Assembly: GCA_050953835.1 (NCBI GenBank)
Contig: JBMNNH010000008.1
Span: forward strand, 41,013-105,012
Reading direction: 5' to 3'
DNA: 64,000 bases
Source of the DNA: Acetivibrionales bacterium
Lineage (GTDB): Bacteria > Bacillota > Clostridia > Acetivibrionales > JBMNNH01
Made by a program: the position numbers and the translations under genes. A model generated the notes under the pieces. It searched no databases. It had not been told where the DNA came from and saw nothing but the letters and a program-made list of their open reading frames with translations. This document shows positions 36,020 through 46,625 of this stretch, piece after piece; positions within the stretch are counted from its first letter, which is position 1; every line of letters starts with the position of its first letter.

Positions 36020-37015
36020 CTATGCATTTAAAAGCATTTGCTCAAAACTTTTGATGAATTCTTCCTGACACTCTATTTCGTCAGTGGCTTCCTTTATTCT
36101 CATAAGAAAATTCTTCCCTGCCTGTATTCTTTTGCTGTTATAATACCTGTTGGAAATCCTCCAAAACTTTTGAGGGAACATAATCAATATTATAATAATT
36201 TCCATTTCCTCATGGCTTAAATCCTCAACAGTAGTGTACTGTTTCAGAATAGCCTCCGCCTTATTAATATCCCAGCCACATTTTCTCATCTTCCTTCTGA
36301 TGAAGTTCGCCAGATCATGCATCTTAAGCTCAAAACAGCAGTAATCAAAGTTAATGACATATAGTTGGTCCCTGCAGTTTATTACATTATGCTGTGTAAA
36401 ATCCTGATGGCACACCACACCGTTTTTTTTTGCCTCTATTACCAGATCATTATATGACGATTTTGAAAGCCTGTCTAAGGATTTTTCAGCCATATAGTTG
36501 AAATAATCAACTTTTTCCATGAAAATATTATCAAAACCGGTTTTTCTTTTTTCTGCATACTTTTTCAGCCTTCTTATCTCATGCATCCTTTTTTGCAGCT
36601 GCTCAGGAAGTTTGCCCAATTTATCCTTCACTATGCATCCCTGTGGCGGAATATATCCTCTTGAAGCATTATGCACAGATGCAAGCAGTTTTGCCGCATC
36701 TCTAACCTCTTTTTCACTGTCCATATTTAACGCTTTGCCCTCTGCCATATCACTTAATGTGTAGCATTCATGGTTTATCACAATGTACGGGCTGCCTTCC
36801 CAGGTACATAAATATCTATCTATATTATTAAATCCATTAGTATGTAAATGTTCTTTAACCCCATGAATAAAAAGAACCCTTTGAGGACTGAACTTACATA
36901 CCTTCAGAATCTTTTTTCCCTTTGATGTTTCTATTATATAACCGTCCCTGAATGGAACCACACTTTTGATCTTTATCATATATTGCTCCGAAATGTCCTT
37001 GTCTAATCTCTGCAT
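36020..37015 (-). CDS. CotS-family spore-coat kinase-like protein
   Basis: Phosphotransferase motifs VCHQDFTQHNVI and INFDYCCFELKMHDLANFI. ATG at 37015 has GGAGGA 6 nt upstream. Confidence 0.8.
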   Translation of the reverse strand: MQRLDKDISEQYMIKIKSVVPFRDGYIIETSKGKKILKVCKFSPQRVLFIHGVKEHLHTNGFNNIDRYLCTWEGSPYIVINHECYTLSDMAEGKALNMDSEKEVRDAAKLLASVHNASRGYIPPQGCIVKDKLGKLPEQLQKRMHEIRRLKKYAEKRKTGFDNIFMEKVDYFNYMAEKSLDRLSKSSYNDLVIEAKKNGVVCHQDFTQHNVINCRDQLYVINFDYCCFELKMHDLANFIRRKMRKCGWDINKAEAILKQYTTVEDLSHEEMEIIIILIMFPQKFWRISNRYYNSKRIQAGKNFLMRIKEATDEIECQEEFIKSFEQMLLNA

Positions 37016-37220
37016 GTCCAATCCTCCATACATTTAAATAACAACGTATGGTTACCCCCTTTGTAAACCTTGTCAAGGAAATCCATTATAGCTGCACATT
37101 CCTATGCTCAAATTATATGCTGTATAAAAGGCGCATAGAACGTTGCCAGCTTGGCACCATGTGCGAAAAGGCATGAATTAATGAATTGTATATACCCTTA
37201 CTCTCTCCTTCATTCTGGAA

Positions 37221-37496
37221 TCAGGATTTGAAAATATATTTCAAAGCGATAAGCAGCAGTATTCCTGGAACCCCAAGCATGCCCACTATAAGAGATGAGA
37301 AAATATTTACCGCAAGGTGGAATCCGAAAATCCCTCCCACAGCGTTTATAACAATTAATACAATTCCCCCAATTAATGCATTATAAATAAGTTTCAAAAT
37401 AACTTTCATAGGTATCAAAAATAATCTCCCTAAAATATACAAGAATATAATACCGGCGATATACGCAATAATTGTTGTATAGTCAGTGCCCATCAA
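37221..37496 (-). CDS. bofA: pro-sigma-K processing inhibitor BofA
   Basis: 91 aa with two TM helices: ..KLIYNALIGGIVLIVINAVGGIFGFHLAVN..SLIVGMLGVPG. It lies next to yaaL, as in B. subtilis. Confidence 0.85.
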   Translation of the reverse strand: MMGTDYTTIIAYIAGIIFLYILGRLFLIPMKVILKLIYNALIGGIVLIVINAVGGIFGFHLAVNIFSSLIVGMLGVPGILLLIALKYIFKS

Positions 37497-37601
37497 CTTA
37501 CACCGCTTCCATTATACGTTAAGTATTATGTTCTCTGTATATTTATATATACTTGGCCACGGTTTTATTACAAAAAAAGAATTCAAAAATGCATCTTCGC
37601 T

Positions 37602-37967
37602 TTATCTGATTGATATTCCTTCCTTTTGCGTGATTGGATAAATATCTGAATGTGGAAATACTTCAAGCTTTATTCCCATTTCCTTAGCCTTCTTTAAAAA
37701 GTGCTGGTATCTTACCTCACATGCTTTTATTTTATAGGTATAATAATCAACAATTGCTTCGTCTCCGGCATATTCAAAGCCCCTGTTAGCATCTACCCAT
37801 TCCTGATGGGCTTCCCTTGCGATTTCAACCAATTCCGCTGCTTCGCTGCTGTTGCAGTATAGACAACTACCGGCTTTTTTCTTTAAGAACATGCTTTTAA
37901 CTATTCTAGCCAACTGACTGCTATTTTCTAAGCCTATATGCTGGTTTCTGTTCCGGTTCAACTCCAT
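37602..37967 (-). CDS. yaaL: YaaL-family protein (DUF2508)
   Basis: EAHQEWVDANRGFEY..DEAIVDYYTYKIKACEVRYQHFLKKAKEMGI matches the DUF2508 pattern. ATG at 37967 has AAGGAGA 6 nt upstream. Confidence 0.75.
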   Translation of the reverse strand: MELNRNRNQHIGLENSSQLARIVKSMFLKKKAGSCLYCNSSEAAELVEIAREAHQEWVDANRGFEYAGDEAIVDYYTYKIKACEVRYQHFLKKAKEMGIKLEVFPHSDIYPITQKEGISIR

Positions 37968-38046
37968 GCAAATTCTCCTTATATACACAATATGTTATTA
38001 AGTATAAACAGAAACCACTCATAATATACATTATTTAACATAAATT

Positions 38047-38640
38047 TTAAGAAAACCCACTTTTCTTCAGGTAGTCTAAAACAGCTTTTGAAGTTTTATA
38101 CCTGAATTTCCCCCAGTCACTCCACCTACCTTCAATATTATCCAGTAAATAGACTATATCCTTCAGGTCTTCCAGATTTACTTCCCTTACCTCGCTAATC
38201 TCATTATCGCTTGCATCTTTAAGTAAATTACCGTCTTTTTCCCTCACAATAAATATATAAGAATAGAACATTACACTATCATTATTGTGCATAAACTTGA
38301 TTTTTAAAACACCTGCAAAACTTATTATTTCCGCTTCAAGGCCTAACTCCTCTTTTATTTCCCTGTAAACGGCATCAATTATATTTTCTTTGTATCCTAC
38401 ACCACCGGTTGGTATTCTGAATACTCCGTCCGGGTATTCGCTGCATGTTGTGGTTATTATTCTTCCATTAGGCCGTATCACGCAGAAAACTACCTCTCCC
38501 CGCCTGTCATGCTGGACAGAATTCTTAATTCTGTTAAAGTAACTGCTTTTTTCATATTTTATAACAACGTCCTTAGCATATGCTTCTGAGTTGAATTTTC
38601 TGCATATTTCCCTGAATTCCCCTTCATTGAACCTGTTCAT
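38047..38640 (-). CDS. NUDIX hydrolase
   Basis: Nudix box GGVGYKENIIDAVYREIKEELGLEA. Confidence 0.8.
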   Translation of the reverse strand: MNRFNEGEFREICRKFNSEAYAKDVVIKYEKSSYFNRIKNSVQHDRRGEVVFCVIRPNGRIITTTCSEYPDGVFRIPTGGVGYKENIIDAVYREIKEELGLEAEIISFAGVLKIKFMHNNDSVMFYSYIFIVREKDGNLLKDASDNEISEVREVNLEDLKDIVYLLDNIEGRWSDWGKFRYKTSKAVLDYLKKSGFS

Positions 38641-38896
38641 ACCAACCCCCCAAACAAGAACCTTACAGATAAATTAATTTTAAACTTTAAAACAGGATAT
38701 GTCCATACCCGCATAGTTCTTGGATGTATTTTCTATGTATGACCCATATAAAACCTATTGTGTTTTTTACATATAATTGCGATAATATATTAGATAGTGT
38801 TTCAAATACAATAAAATGTGGAACAAAGAAAATGCAGTTTACGTCAATAAACATAATACTGCAACAAGCTTTAATCATTACTGGGGTGTTAGCAAT

Positions 38897-40750
38897 ATGA
38901 ATGGCGAGGTACATAAATCTCCACTTAAACAAAAACCATTAAGCATTCTGATAATTACTATAGGGGTTTTCAGTTTGTTGATGCTGGGTATAGCTGGCCA
39001 ACTAACCTATTCAGTCCTTAAATACGACAGGGTATACAATGGTATTTATATAAACAATATACATGTTGGTAAGCTGTCATTAAATGAAATGGACGATCTA
39101 TTAAAAAGCAGTTTTGGAAACAATCTTCAATCGCAAAAGATTACACTTAATGCAGGTAAAGCCGTAAGGGAATTTACCCTTGAAGAACTGGAAGCTGCAT
39201 ACAATCTCGAAAAGGCAGTTGAAGAGGCCTACAGCATTGGCAGATCAGGCAACCTGTTCAACAGACTGTACAGCATTATTTCAGCTGGCAGAAAAGGGAT
39301 GAATATAAACATAACTGTAGATTACAACAGAGAAAAACTTGATAGTATAGTAAACAGCTTATATGACGAGATTTTCGTTAACGTAAAAGAAGCTGACGTT
39401 TTGATAGAAGAGGAAAAGGTAACTATACGTTCAGGGCACAGCGGTATAAGTATTGATAAGGATGAAGTAACTGCTGCTGTGGAGTCTTTAATTCAAAAAG
39501 AAGAAGGCGGTTCTATAGATATACAGGTAGAAATCACGAAACCTAATAAAATTGAAATAGAAGATATTTACGATCAAATCATAAAAGAGCCCCAGAATGC
39601 TTCTGTACAGATTGAAAACAATAAGGTAAAGATAATACCTCATATTACAGGAAGGCATGTTGAAAAAGCAGATCTCATATCCGTATCAAATCAGCTTGAA
39701 TTAACTGAAGATACTGAAATGACTATTCCCATAAAAACTGTCCAGCCTGAAATAACTGATGAGAAGCTAAACAGTATTCTTTTTAGGGATACTCTTGGCA
39801 CTATGAATACGTATTTTAGCTCCTCAGGCCAAAACGACAGTAACCGGGCTGAGAATATAAGACTAGCCGCAACAACTATTAACGGCTTGATATTAGGGCC
39901 GGATGAAGTTTTCTCCTTTAATGGGGTATTAGGTCCAAGGACAGCAGAAAAAGGATATAAGGAAGCTCACGCATATATTGGCGGAGAAGTAATAGATGAT
40001 ATAGGTGGAGGAATATGCCAGGTTTCCTCAACTCTTTATAATGCAGTACTGTATGCAGGCCTGCAGGTAGTCGAACGCAGCAACCATATGTTCACAGTGG
40101 GTTACGTACCGCTTGGACTTGATGCGGCAGTGTCGTATGGTGGCCCAGATTTAAAATTTAAAAACTCAACTCCATGGCCTATAAAAATTGAAGCTTCCAT
40201 AATAAACAACAACAGAGTTAGTTTTACAATAAAGGGTACTTCCGAAAACCCAAAGAAGCAGTTTGAATTTATATCAAAGCTTGTTAATACTATTGACTTT
40301 CCAACAAAGTTTATAGATGACCCTAATATCCCTGAAGGCCAGACCAAGATAAAACAGAACGGAAAAAAAGGTTATGTAGCCGACACATATAGAATTGTTA
40401 AAGAAGACGGGAAGGTTATTGAGGAAGTAAAGCTGCATACCAGTACTTACAACCCGCTAACTGAGGAAATCCTGCGGGGGACAAAAAAGATTGAGAATAT
40501 ACCACCTGAACAGCAAGAGAAAATACCTGGTGAAGAGATTAAAAGTGACACTGAAGAGCCCGAAGTAACTGAAGAGCCTGAAGGACCCGAAGAAATTAAA
40601 ACAGATACAGGAGAAGGAGCCAGAAATGATAATGATGTGAATACCGGAGCAGATATGGGAGAAGATGTACGTCCGGATACGGGGATAGACCCTGGTGAAG
40701 AAACACAGGTAGATAATGTAATGGATTCAGGACAATATCCTGATATATAA
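38897..40750 (+). CDS. VanW-family membrane-anchored protein with G5-like domain and acidic C-terminal tail
   Basis: A TM anchor (LSILIITIGVFSLLMLGIAG), the VanW core (GGGICQVSSTLYNAVLYAGLQVVERSNH), and a G5-like region (KIKQNGKKGYVADTYRIV). ATG at 38897 has GGGGTG 8 nt upstream. Confidence 0.85.
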   Translation: MNGEVHKSPLKQKPLSILIITIGVFSLLMLGIAGQLTYSVLKYDRVYNGIYINNIHVGKLSLNEMDDLLKSSFGNNLQSQKITLNAGKAVREFTLEELEAAYNLEKAVEEAYSIGRSGNLFNRLYSIISAGRKGMNINITVDYNREKLDSIVNSLYDEIFVNVKEADVLIEEEKVTIRSGHSGISIDKDEVTAAVESLIQKEEGGSIDIQVEITKPNKIEIEDIYDQIIKEPQNASVQIENNKVKIIPHITGRHVEKADLISVSNQLELTEDTEMTIPIKTVQPEITDEKLNSILFRDTLGTMNTYFSSSGQNDSNRAENIRLAATTINGLILGPDEVFSFNGVLGPRTAEKGYKEAHAYIGGEVIDDIGGGICQVSSTLYNAVLYAGLQVVERSNHMFTVGYVPLGLDAAVSYGGPDLKFKNSTPWPIKIEASIINNNRVSFTIKGTSENPKKQFEFISKLVNTIDFPTKFIDDPNIPEGQTKIKQNGKKGYVADTYRIVKEDGKVIEEVKLHTSTYNPLTEEILRGTKKIENIPPEQQEKIPGEEIKSDTEEPEVTEEPEGPEEIKTDTGEGARNDNDVNTGADMGEDVRPDTGIDPGEETQVDNVMDSGQYPDI

Positions 40751-40772
40751 AATATAAAAGGATGAAACGCTA

Positions 40773-40800
40773 AGGTGGTTCGCATGAACCACCTCTTATT
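40773..40800. terminator. bidirectional terminator between convergent genes
   Basis: AGGTGGTTCgcatGAACCACCT followed by cttatttta. Confidence 0.7.
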
Positions 40801-41304
40801 TTAATATGTGTCTACACTAGTTGCACCATTATTCCTTAAAATGGACGCTATCTGGTCAATCTTTTCTTCATTATCTACCCTCATGCTGAATAGAATTTTT
40901 CCTGCTCTAATATCCGTTTCATATTGTTTACTTTTGTCCTCCGGTATCCCAAGGTCAACAAGCCCCCCCACAATTCCACCAGTTACTGCCCCCGATAAGA
41001 GTCCTGTTATCGGGCCGGCTGCAGCTACAATACCCAGACCGGGAACAACCATACTTCCTGCACCAATAAGCAGCCCCGCCAGGCCGCCTAAAACTCCGCC
41101 AGTAATTACTCCGTCCGAAACATTATCGGTTACCGGCCTGTCACCGGCCATCATAGTGGCTGTCTGCTTTCTGTTCTCACCATTCTCACGCTGTTTTGCA
41201 ACAATGGAAATATCTTCAGTCCTCAATCCCCTGTCTTTTATTTCCCTTGCGGCATTTTCAGCTGAGTTGTATTCATCAAAAACTGCGGCAATTGTCTTTG
41301 ACAT
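40801..41304 (-). CDS. glycine-zipper membrane / general-stress-type protein
   Basis: Soluble terminal domains flank the Gly-rich hydrophobic core GVITGGVLGGLAGLLIGAG..GIVAAAGPITGLLSGAVTGGIVGGLVDLG. Confidence 0.65.
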   Translation of the reverse strand: MSKTIAAVFDEYNSAENAAREIKDRGLRTEDISIVAKQRENGENRKQTATMMAGDRPVTDNVSDGVITGGVLGGLAGLLIGAGSMVVPGLGIVAAAGPITGLLSGAVTGGIVGGLVDLGIPEDKSKQYETDIRAGKILFSMRVDNEEKIDQIASILRNNGATSVDTY

Positions 41305-41526
41305 AAAATACCTCCTTAAAATATTTATTTTCTGTTCATTAATAGCTTGCTTTTAAATCTCCTGATTATTCATGATTATTGCAATTAAGTGACAAATAAA
41401 AATCCAAGCGAAACCATTGAGCAGAATAATTACCTTGAAAGTATAGCCCTGTAACTAACTTTTAATATAATTAGTCATTTAACTGATGTATAATTATTAT
41501 AGTAAGTTTGACAGGAGTGTTTACAT

Positions 41527-42099
41527 ATGAAAAATTATCCCTTTTTAAGAATAGTTGCATGCATGATAATCAGTATATTCTTTATCTCTGCTCACGTTAA
41601 CGCTGAGGTTGACCCTGCTGTTATAAGCAAGAGTTCTTCGACACTCGTAAAGCTTGAACTGTTAAAGGGTGATGATACTGGCAATTTGAAGTTGGATGAT
41701 AAGATTACCAGGTGTGAATTTGTGACTTTGGTTATCAGGTTAATGGGCTATGACAAAAATACCGATACCGATGATATTAGTCTTACCTTCACAGACTTAA
41801 GCGAAAGGCACTGGGCATATAAAAACTTCAAGATAGCAGTCAAACGCAATCTTATAAAAGGATATGATGACAATACGGTTGGAGCAGATAACTTTGTAAC
41901 ATATACTGAAGCTCAGGCAATACTTATCAGGGCGCTCGGTTATGAAGGCACAATGACTGGAAAGTGGCCTGTTAATGTACTGACCAAAGCTGAAGAGCTT
42001 AAACTCAATAAAAATGTTGATGTACCGCAGGATAAACAACTGACACGGGGAGAAGCTTCGGTACTGATATACAACTCGCTGTTGGTAGACTTTAAATGA
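41527..42099 (+). CDS. small secreted SLH-domain protein
   Basis: Signal peptide ..ISIFFISAHVNA. SLH-like segments (KITRCEFVTLVIRLMG; FTDLSERHWAYKNFKIAVKRNLIKGYDD..TYTEAQAILIRALG). Confidence 0.75.
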   Translation: MKNYPFLRIVACMIISIFFISAHVNAEVDPAVISKSSSTLVKLELLKGDDTGNLKLDDKITRCEFVTLVIRLMGYDKNTDTDDISLTFTDLSERHWAYKNFKIAVKRNLIKGYDDNTVGADNFVTYTEAQAILIRALGYEGTMTGKWPVNVLTKAEELKLNKNVDVPQDKQLTRGEASVLIYNSLLVDFK

Positions 42100-42370
42100 G
42101 TATGTGATGTTTGATATCGAGTTTTTGTTCGATAACATCCAGCTTTTCATAAGTCTGCTTTTTTTTCAGTCAAATTATGCTCCAAGTTTGCTGCCGTGTC
42201 CCTGTTCAACCCAAAGCACATCATTCTTTAAACTTCGAATATTCTCTTTAGTTTCATATCTAAAGGCATTCATATCCTGGCGAAATTCCGTAAATTCGCT
42301 ATAAATCTTCGTCAATAGCTCATATATAAACAAATGCCACCTCCAAGGAAATCCTTGAAAGTGGCCTGTG

Positions 42371-42462
42371 TGGCGGAGAAGCCGGGATTCGAACCCGGGC
42401 TAGAGTTGCCCCTACTAACGGTTTAGCAAACCGTCCCCTTCAGCCTACTTGGGTACTTCTCC
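42371..42462 (-). tRNA. tRNA-Ser (anticodon GCU)
   Basis: Reverse complement GGAGAAG..ACGGT TTGCTAA ACCGT..long variable arm..CCGGGTTCGAATCCCGG CTTCTCC G CCA. Confidence 0.95.
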
Positions 42463-42471
42463 ATATTTTAC

Positions 42472-42562
42472 TGGCGGAGAGACTGGGATTCGAACCCAGG
42501 GTAGGCTCACACCTACGCCGGTTTTCAAGACCGGTGCCTTAAACCAACTCGACCATCTCTCC
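42472..42562 (-). tRNA. tRNA-Ser (anticodon UGA)
   Basis: Reverse complement GGAGAGA..CCGGT CTTGAAA ACCGG..long variable arm..CTGGGTTCGAATCCCAG TCTCTCC G CCA. Confidence 0.95.
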
Positions 42563-42689
42563 ACGAGTCACATGAGATAATATAACATGTTTCCGCCAGT
42601 TTTGTCAATACAGTTAAGCAAATTATTATTGGATATTATTTACAGCAGCAAATTCCAGCCATTATGCTAACCCGAGTTTAATATTGACT

Positions 42690-43961
42690 TTATTTAATAA
42701 TTTCCAGTCCACCCATATATTTTCTTAGAGCTTCAGGTATAACAACAGAACCGTCAGCCTGCTGATAATTTTCAAGTATGGATGCCGTCGTACGCCCTAC
42801 AGCAACTCCTGATCCGTTAAGGGTGTGTAAAAACTCCGGCTTTTCTTTCGGCCCTCTTCTAAACCTTATGCCTGCTCTCCGTGCCTGAAAATCTTCAAAA
42901 TTACTACATGATGAAATTTCCACATAGCGGTTGTAGCTTGGCATCCAAACCTCCAGGTCATAAGTCATGGCTGAAGAAAATCCCAAATCGCCAATACATA
43001 ACTTTACTACCCTATAAGGAAGGCCTAATTCTTTCAGCACATCTTCGGCGTCCTGCGTGAGGGATTCCAGTTCTTGGTAAGACGATTCCGGCACTACAAA
43101 TTTTACAAGCTCCACTTTATTAAACTGATGCTGCCTTATCAGCCCTCTGGTGTCTCTTCCTGCTGATCCGGCCTCAGCTCTGAAGCATGCCGAATATGCT
43201 GCGTGCTTAATTGGGAGATCCTCAATATTCAGTATCTGCTCCCTGTACATGTTTGTTACAGGTACCTCTGCTGTTGGTATCAGAAAGTACTCCGTATTTG
43301 CTACTTTAAATGCGTCCTCTTCAAACTTAGGCAGTTGTCCTGTACCAATCATACTGTTACGGTGAACAAGGAAAGGAGGTAAAATTTCTGTATAGCCGTG
43401 CTTTTCAATATGCATATCCAGCATAAAATTTACAAGTGCCCTTTCCATCTTAGCCCCAAGGCCCTTATAAAAAGTAAACCTAGCACCCGTAACCTTCGCA
43501 GCTGTAGCTGTATCCAGAATGTCCAAGCCTTCTCCAATGTCCCAATGTGCTTTTGGTTCAAAATCAAATTTCCTTATTTCGCCCCATCTTCGGACTTCAA
43601 CATTATCTTGGTCACTGCTACCTTCAGGAACTCTTTCATTCGGGATATTGGGAATTGTAAGCAATATTTTTTCAATCTCGTAATCTATTGCTTTCAATTT
43701 CTGATCTAATTCCTTTACTTTATCTGAAAGCTCTTTCATTTCTGCCAATAATGATGAAGAATCCCTGCCTTCCCTTTTATACTGTGCAATGAGTTTTGAA
43801 TCTGCATTTTGTTTACTTTTCATCTTTTCGACTTCAAAAATTAACTCTCTTCTTTTATTATCAAGAGAAACAAACTCATCAATATTCAAGGAACCTTTGC
43901 TTTTTGCTATAGCATTTTTAAGTATGGCTGGGTCTTTTCTTATTAATTTCAGATCTAACAT
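42690..43961 (-). CDS. serS: seryl-tRNA synthetase
   Basis: 423 aa with an N-terminal coiled-coil arm and class II motifs (..[21 protein letters not shown].., ..GSGVAVGRT..). Confidence 0.95.
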   Translation of the reverse strand: MLDLKLIRKDPAILKNAIAKSKGSLNIDEFVSLDNKRRELIFEVEKMKSKQNADSKLIAQYKREGRDSSSLLAEMKELSDKVKELDQKLKAIDYEIEKILLTIPNIPNERVPEGSSDQDNVEVRRWGEIRKFDFEPKAHWDIGEGLDILDTATAAKVTGARFTFYKGLGAKMERALVNFMLDMHIEKHGYTEILPPFLVHRNSMIGTGQLPKFEEDAFKVANTEYFLIPTAEVPVTNMYREQILNIEDLPIKHAAYSACFRAEAGSAGRDTRGLIRQHQFNKVELVKFVVPESSYQELESLTQDAEDVLKELGLPYRVVKLCIGDLGFSSAMTYDLEVWMPSYNRYVEISSCSNFEDFQARRAGIRFRRGPKEKPEFLHTLNGSGVAVGRTTASILENYQQADGSVVIPEALRKYMGGLEIIK

Positions 43962-44048
43962 ATGACTGCTCCTTTATTATTAATAATATATACAATACTA
44001 TATACCTAAATTATCATCAAGTTTCCTGAATTTTATAACGGGTTTGAA

Positions 44049-44585
44049 TTATAAAACTTCTTCGGGAAAATCATCCGTATATGTATTATATGCTCTCTTT
44101 TTCGCAATGCTTATAGCTTTTATTTCTTCAGCGGAAAGTGCATACTTAGATTTTCCGTTGATTATAGGCTTTGCGTATGTCGCTGTGCTGTCTCTTGAAT
44201 ATAACCCGCTCAGTACTATACCATTATCATTACTATCTAATAATGCCAGAGAAAAGCTCAAATCACTTCCCACATTATCAAACGCATTATATCTTACTAT
44301 TCCTACCTTTTGAACACAACTCAAAAGGTTTCTTTCAACCTTGTTAATATGGTTTTCAATTTCCCTGCTCTTAGCAGCAACATTATTAACCTTGATTATA
44401 CACTTTTCTAATACACCTTCAAGGCTAAGATTATCCTCGCCGTTCATAAAAAAATCGTACTTATCCTTTAATCTTTTAATTCTTAAATGGGTTGATATAT
44501 TAAGTATAATCAGGATTAATATTAATAAAATATTAGTCCCTCCTATTATTAGCCAAACAAGAGAAATATTAAACAAGTCTTCCAT
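44049..44585 (-). CDS. DUF4446-family membrane protein
   Basis: An N-terminal TM helix (VWLIIGGTNILLILILIIL) then the conserved ..VGIVRYNAFDNVGSDLSFSLALLD..GIVLSGLY. It is commonly found after parB in Firmicutes. ATG at 44585 avoids the parS site. Confidence 0.75.
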   Translation of the reverse strand: MEDLFNISLVWLIIGGTNILLILILIILNISTHLRIKRLKDKYDFFMNGEDNLSLEGVLEKCIIKVNNVAAKSREIENHINKVERNLLSCVQKVGIVRYNAFDNVGSDLSFSLALLDSNDNGIVLSGLYSRDSTATYAKPIINGKSKYALSAEEIKAISIAKKRAYNTYTDDFPEEVL

Positions 44586-44606
44586 ACTAATTGTCCTCCC
44601 CCATAA

Positions 44607-44622
44607 TGTTTCACGTGAAACA
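44607..44622. other. parS centromere-like site (perfect TGTTTCACGTGAAACA)
   Basis: An exact 16-bp palindrome in the parB-DUF4446 intergenic gap. Confidence 0.9.
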
Positions 44623-44638
44623 AATAACATTGCATCCA

Positions 44639-45487
44639 TTACTTTAAAGCTATTGAATCAACCAATTCTATAATCCTGTCTAATTCTTCCTCTGAGTAGT
44701 ATTCAATCATTATTTTTCCTTTTTTATTATTATCTATTAATTTTACCTTCGTACCAAATATTCCCTTAAACTTTTCCTCTATTTCAAGTAATTGCTCGTT
44801 TACCACCTTTGCTTTTTTTTCCGGCTTTTTATTTATATACCTTTTAACAAGTTTCTCTGTATCACGTACATTTAATTCTTTATTTATTATCTCATCTGCT
44901 AATTTATTCTGTAATTCTTTGTCTTCAATTACAATCAGTGTCCTGGCATGCCCACTTGTAATTTTTTCTTCTATTATATATTGTTTTATTTTATTGCTTA
45001 GGCTGAGCAGCCTTATGGAATTTGCTATTGCAGACCTGCTTTTGCCAACAGTTCTGGAAATCTCCTCCTGGGTCATTTTGAATTCCTTAATAAGCTTTTC
45101 ATATGCTTCTGCTTCTTCTACCGGGTTTAAGTCCTGTCTTTGAAGATTTTCTATTAGGGCTATCTCAGTTAATTCCCTATCGTTTAAATCCTTAATTATG
45201 ACCGGTACAGTATCTAATCCAGCCAGTCTGGCAGCACGCCATCTTCTTTCCCCTGCAACTATCCTGTATATATTGTTTTCCTTCTTTACAATAATAGGCT
45301 GGACAATACCATGCAGTTTTATCGACTCAGCAAGCTGCTTAAGTTTTTCAATATCAAACATCTTCCTTGGCTGTCCGGTGTTGGGCTCAATTTCATTCAG
45401 CTTCAGTTCAATAACTCCATTCTGCTCATCACTATTTAAATCCATTGATATAAGGGCTCCCAGTCCCTTCCCAAGCCCTTTTTTCAT
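44639..45487 (-). CDS. parB: chromosome partitioning protein ParB/Spo0J
   Basis: IEPNTGQPRK, IVAGERRWRAARLAG, ALIENLQRQDLNPVEEA, and an HTH (QEEISRTVGKSRSAIANSIRLL). Confidence 0.95.
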   Translation of the reverse strand: MKKGLGKGLGALISMDLNSDEQNGVIELKLNEIEPNTGQPRKMFDIEKLKQLAESIKLHGIVQPIIVKKENNIYRIVAGERRWRAARLAGLDTVPVIIKDLNDRELTEIALIENLQRQDLNPVEEAEAYEKLIKEFKMTQEEISRTVGKSRSAIANSIRLLSLSNKIKQYIIEEKITSGHARTLIVIEDKELQNKLADEIINKELNVRDTEKLVKRYINKKPEKKAKVVNEQLLEIEEKFKGIFGTKVKLIDNNKKGKIMIEYYSEEELDRIIELVDSIALK

Positions 45488-46266
45488 ATCACTTTTCCAA
45501 CCTCCTCTGAATATTCTATTACTTCCTCAGCAAGCTCCAGATAGCATTCAGACCCCTTTGATTTTGGATCATACAGTATAATTGGCAGTCCATAGCTTGG
45601 TGCTTCACTCAACCTTACATTTCTGGGTATCACAGTTCTATAAACCTTATTCCTGAAATATTTTTTAACATCCTCAACCACCTGTATTGATAGATTAGTG
45701 CGTGCATCAAACATGGTAAGCACTACACCCTCAACATCAAGTGTCTTATTTAAATGCCTTTGTACCAGTTTTACTGTATTCATTAATTGGCTTAATCCCT
45801 CAAGCGCATAGTATTCGCACTGGATAGGTACAAGTATAGTATCTGCAGCAGTTAATGCATTTACAGTTAATAGTCCTAAAGATGGCGGACAATCTATCAG
45901 AATAAAATCGTATTCATCTTTAATTTCTTCCAGTACAGTTTTCATTCTCGTTTCCCTTGATATTACAGATACAAGTTCAACCTCAGCTCCTGCAAGATTT
46001 ACATTCGATGGACATAGTTTTAGATTTTCCAGCATTGTGTCAACTATTACATTTTTAATATCCTCGCTATTAATTAAGATATCATATGTAGATTTTTTAA
46101 TGTTATCTTTCTCAACTCCAAGCCCGCTTGTAGTGTTTCCCTGTGGGTCAGTATCAATCAGCAAAACTTTTTTTCCCTTATAAGCCAGACAGGAACTTAA
46201 ATTTACGGCAGTAGTAGTCTTACCTACCCCGCCCTTCTGGTTTGCAATTGCAATAGTTTTAGCCAA
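45484..46266 (-). CDS. parA: chromosome partitioning ATPase ParA/Soj
   Basis: Deviant Walker A NQKGGVGKTTT, ILIDCPPSLG. TTG at 46266 has AAGGAG 8 nt upstream. The track start GTG at 46275 overlaps the RBS. Confidence 0.9.
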   Translation of the reverse strand: MAKTIAIANQKGGVGKTTTAVNLSSCLAYKGKKVLLIDTDPQGNTTSGLGVEKDNIKKSTYDILINSEDIKNVIVDTMLENLKLCPSNVNLAGAEVELVSVISRETRMKTVLEEIKDEYDFILIDCPPSLGLLTVNALTAADTILVPIQCEYYALEGLSQLMNTVKLVQRHLNKTLDVEGVVLTMFDARTNLSIQVVEDVKKYFRNKVYRTVIPRNVRLSEAPSYGLPIILYDPKSKGSECYLELAEEVIEYSEEVGKVI

Positions 46267-46509
46267 AAATCTCACTCCTTAGAAATCTGTATATATCATC
46301 GCCGGGATAATCTTAATAATCGCAAACATGTCCACAACAGACTAAAATGATTATACCATAAAGTTTCCTGTATTAACAATTTTTTTGTGAGACAACACAT
46401 TTTGATTGCGCACAGTTATTCAGGTGCACAGATCAAGAAAATATGCCTTACATACGGTTTAGTGCTTTTTGAGTGACTTGACGCCCCTTTTTCTTCTATT
46501 TATTAAAAT

Positions 46510-46525
46510 TGTTTCACGTGAAACA
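46510..46525. other. parS centromere-like site (perfect TGTTTCACGTGAAACA)
   Basis: An exact 16-bp palindrome about 240 bp upstream of parA. Confidence 0.9.
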
Positions 46526-46625
46526 ATGTATATTTAATCCATTACTGAATATATATAAATTAAGCATTAACCGAATTCTTCATTATCTGTTAATGCTTAA
46601 TCATTTTACTATTTAGGAGATTTTT

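Noticed and set aside
40808-41356. 182-aa + ORF and the 112-aa minus ORF at 40447-40785
   Set aside because: Pro/Ser-rich shadows of the Gly-zipper protein gene and of the acidic tail of the VanW gene.
42175-42333. 52-aa TTG-initiated minus-strand ORF (..YSEFTEFRQDMNAFRYETKENIRSLKNDVLWVEQGHGSKLGA)
   Set aside because: It has coiled-coil-like composition and a nearby GGAGGTG, but a non-ATG start, tight RBS spacing and no recognisable family, so support is insufficient.
43962-44048. Expected T-box leader upstream of serS
   Set aside because: The gap is only 87 nt, with no specifier or T-box-like strings. serS appears co-transcribed with the DUF4446 gene or has a simple promoter.
46276-46625. 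Mn-responsive (yybP-ykoY-type) riboswitch upstream of the UPF0016 gene
   Set aside because: I could not find the conserved strings of that riboswitch. The only structure is an AT-rich 13-bp hairpin (46559-46571 with 46589-46601) of uncertain meaning.
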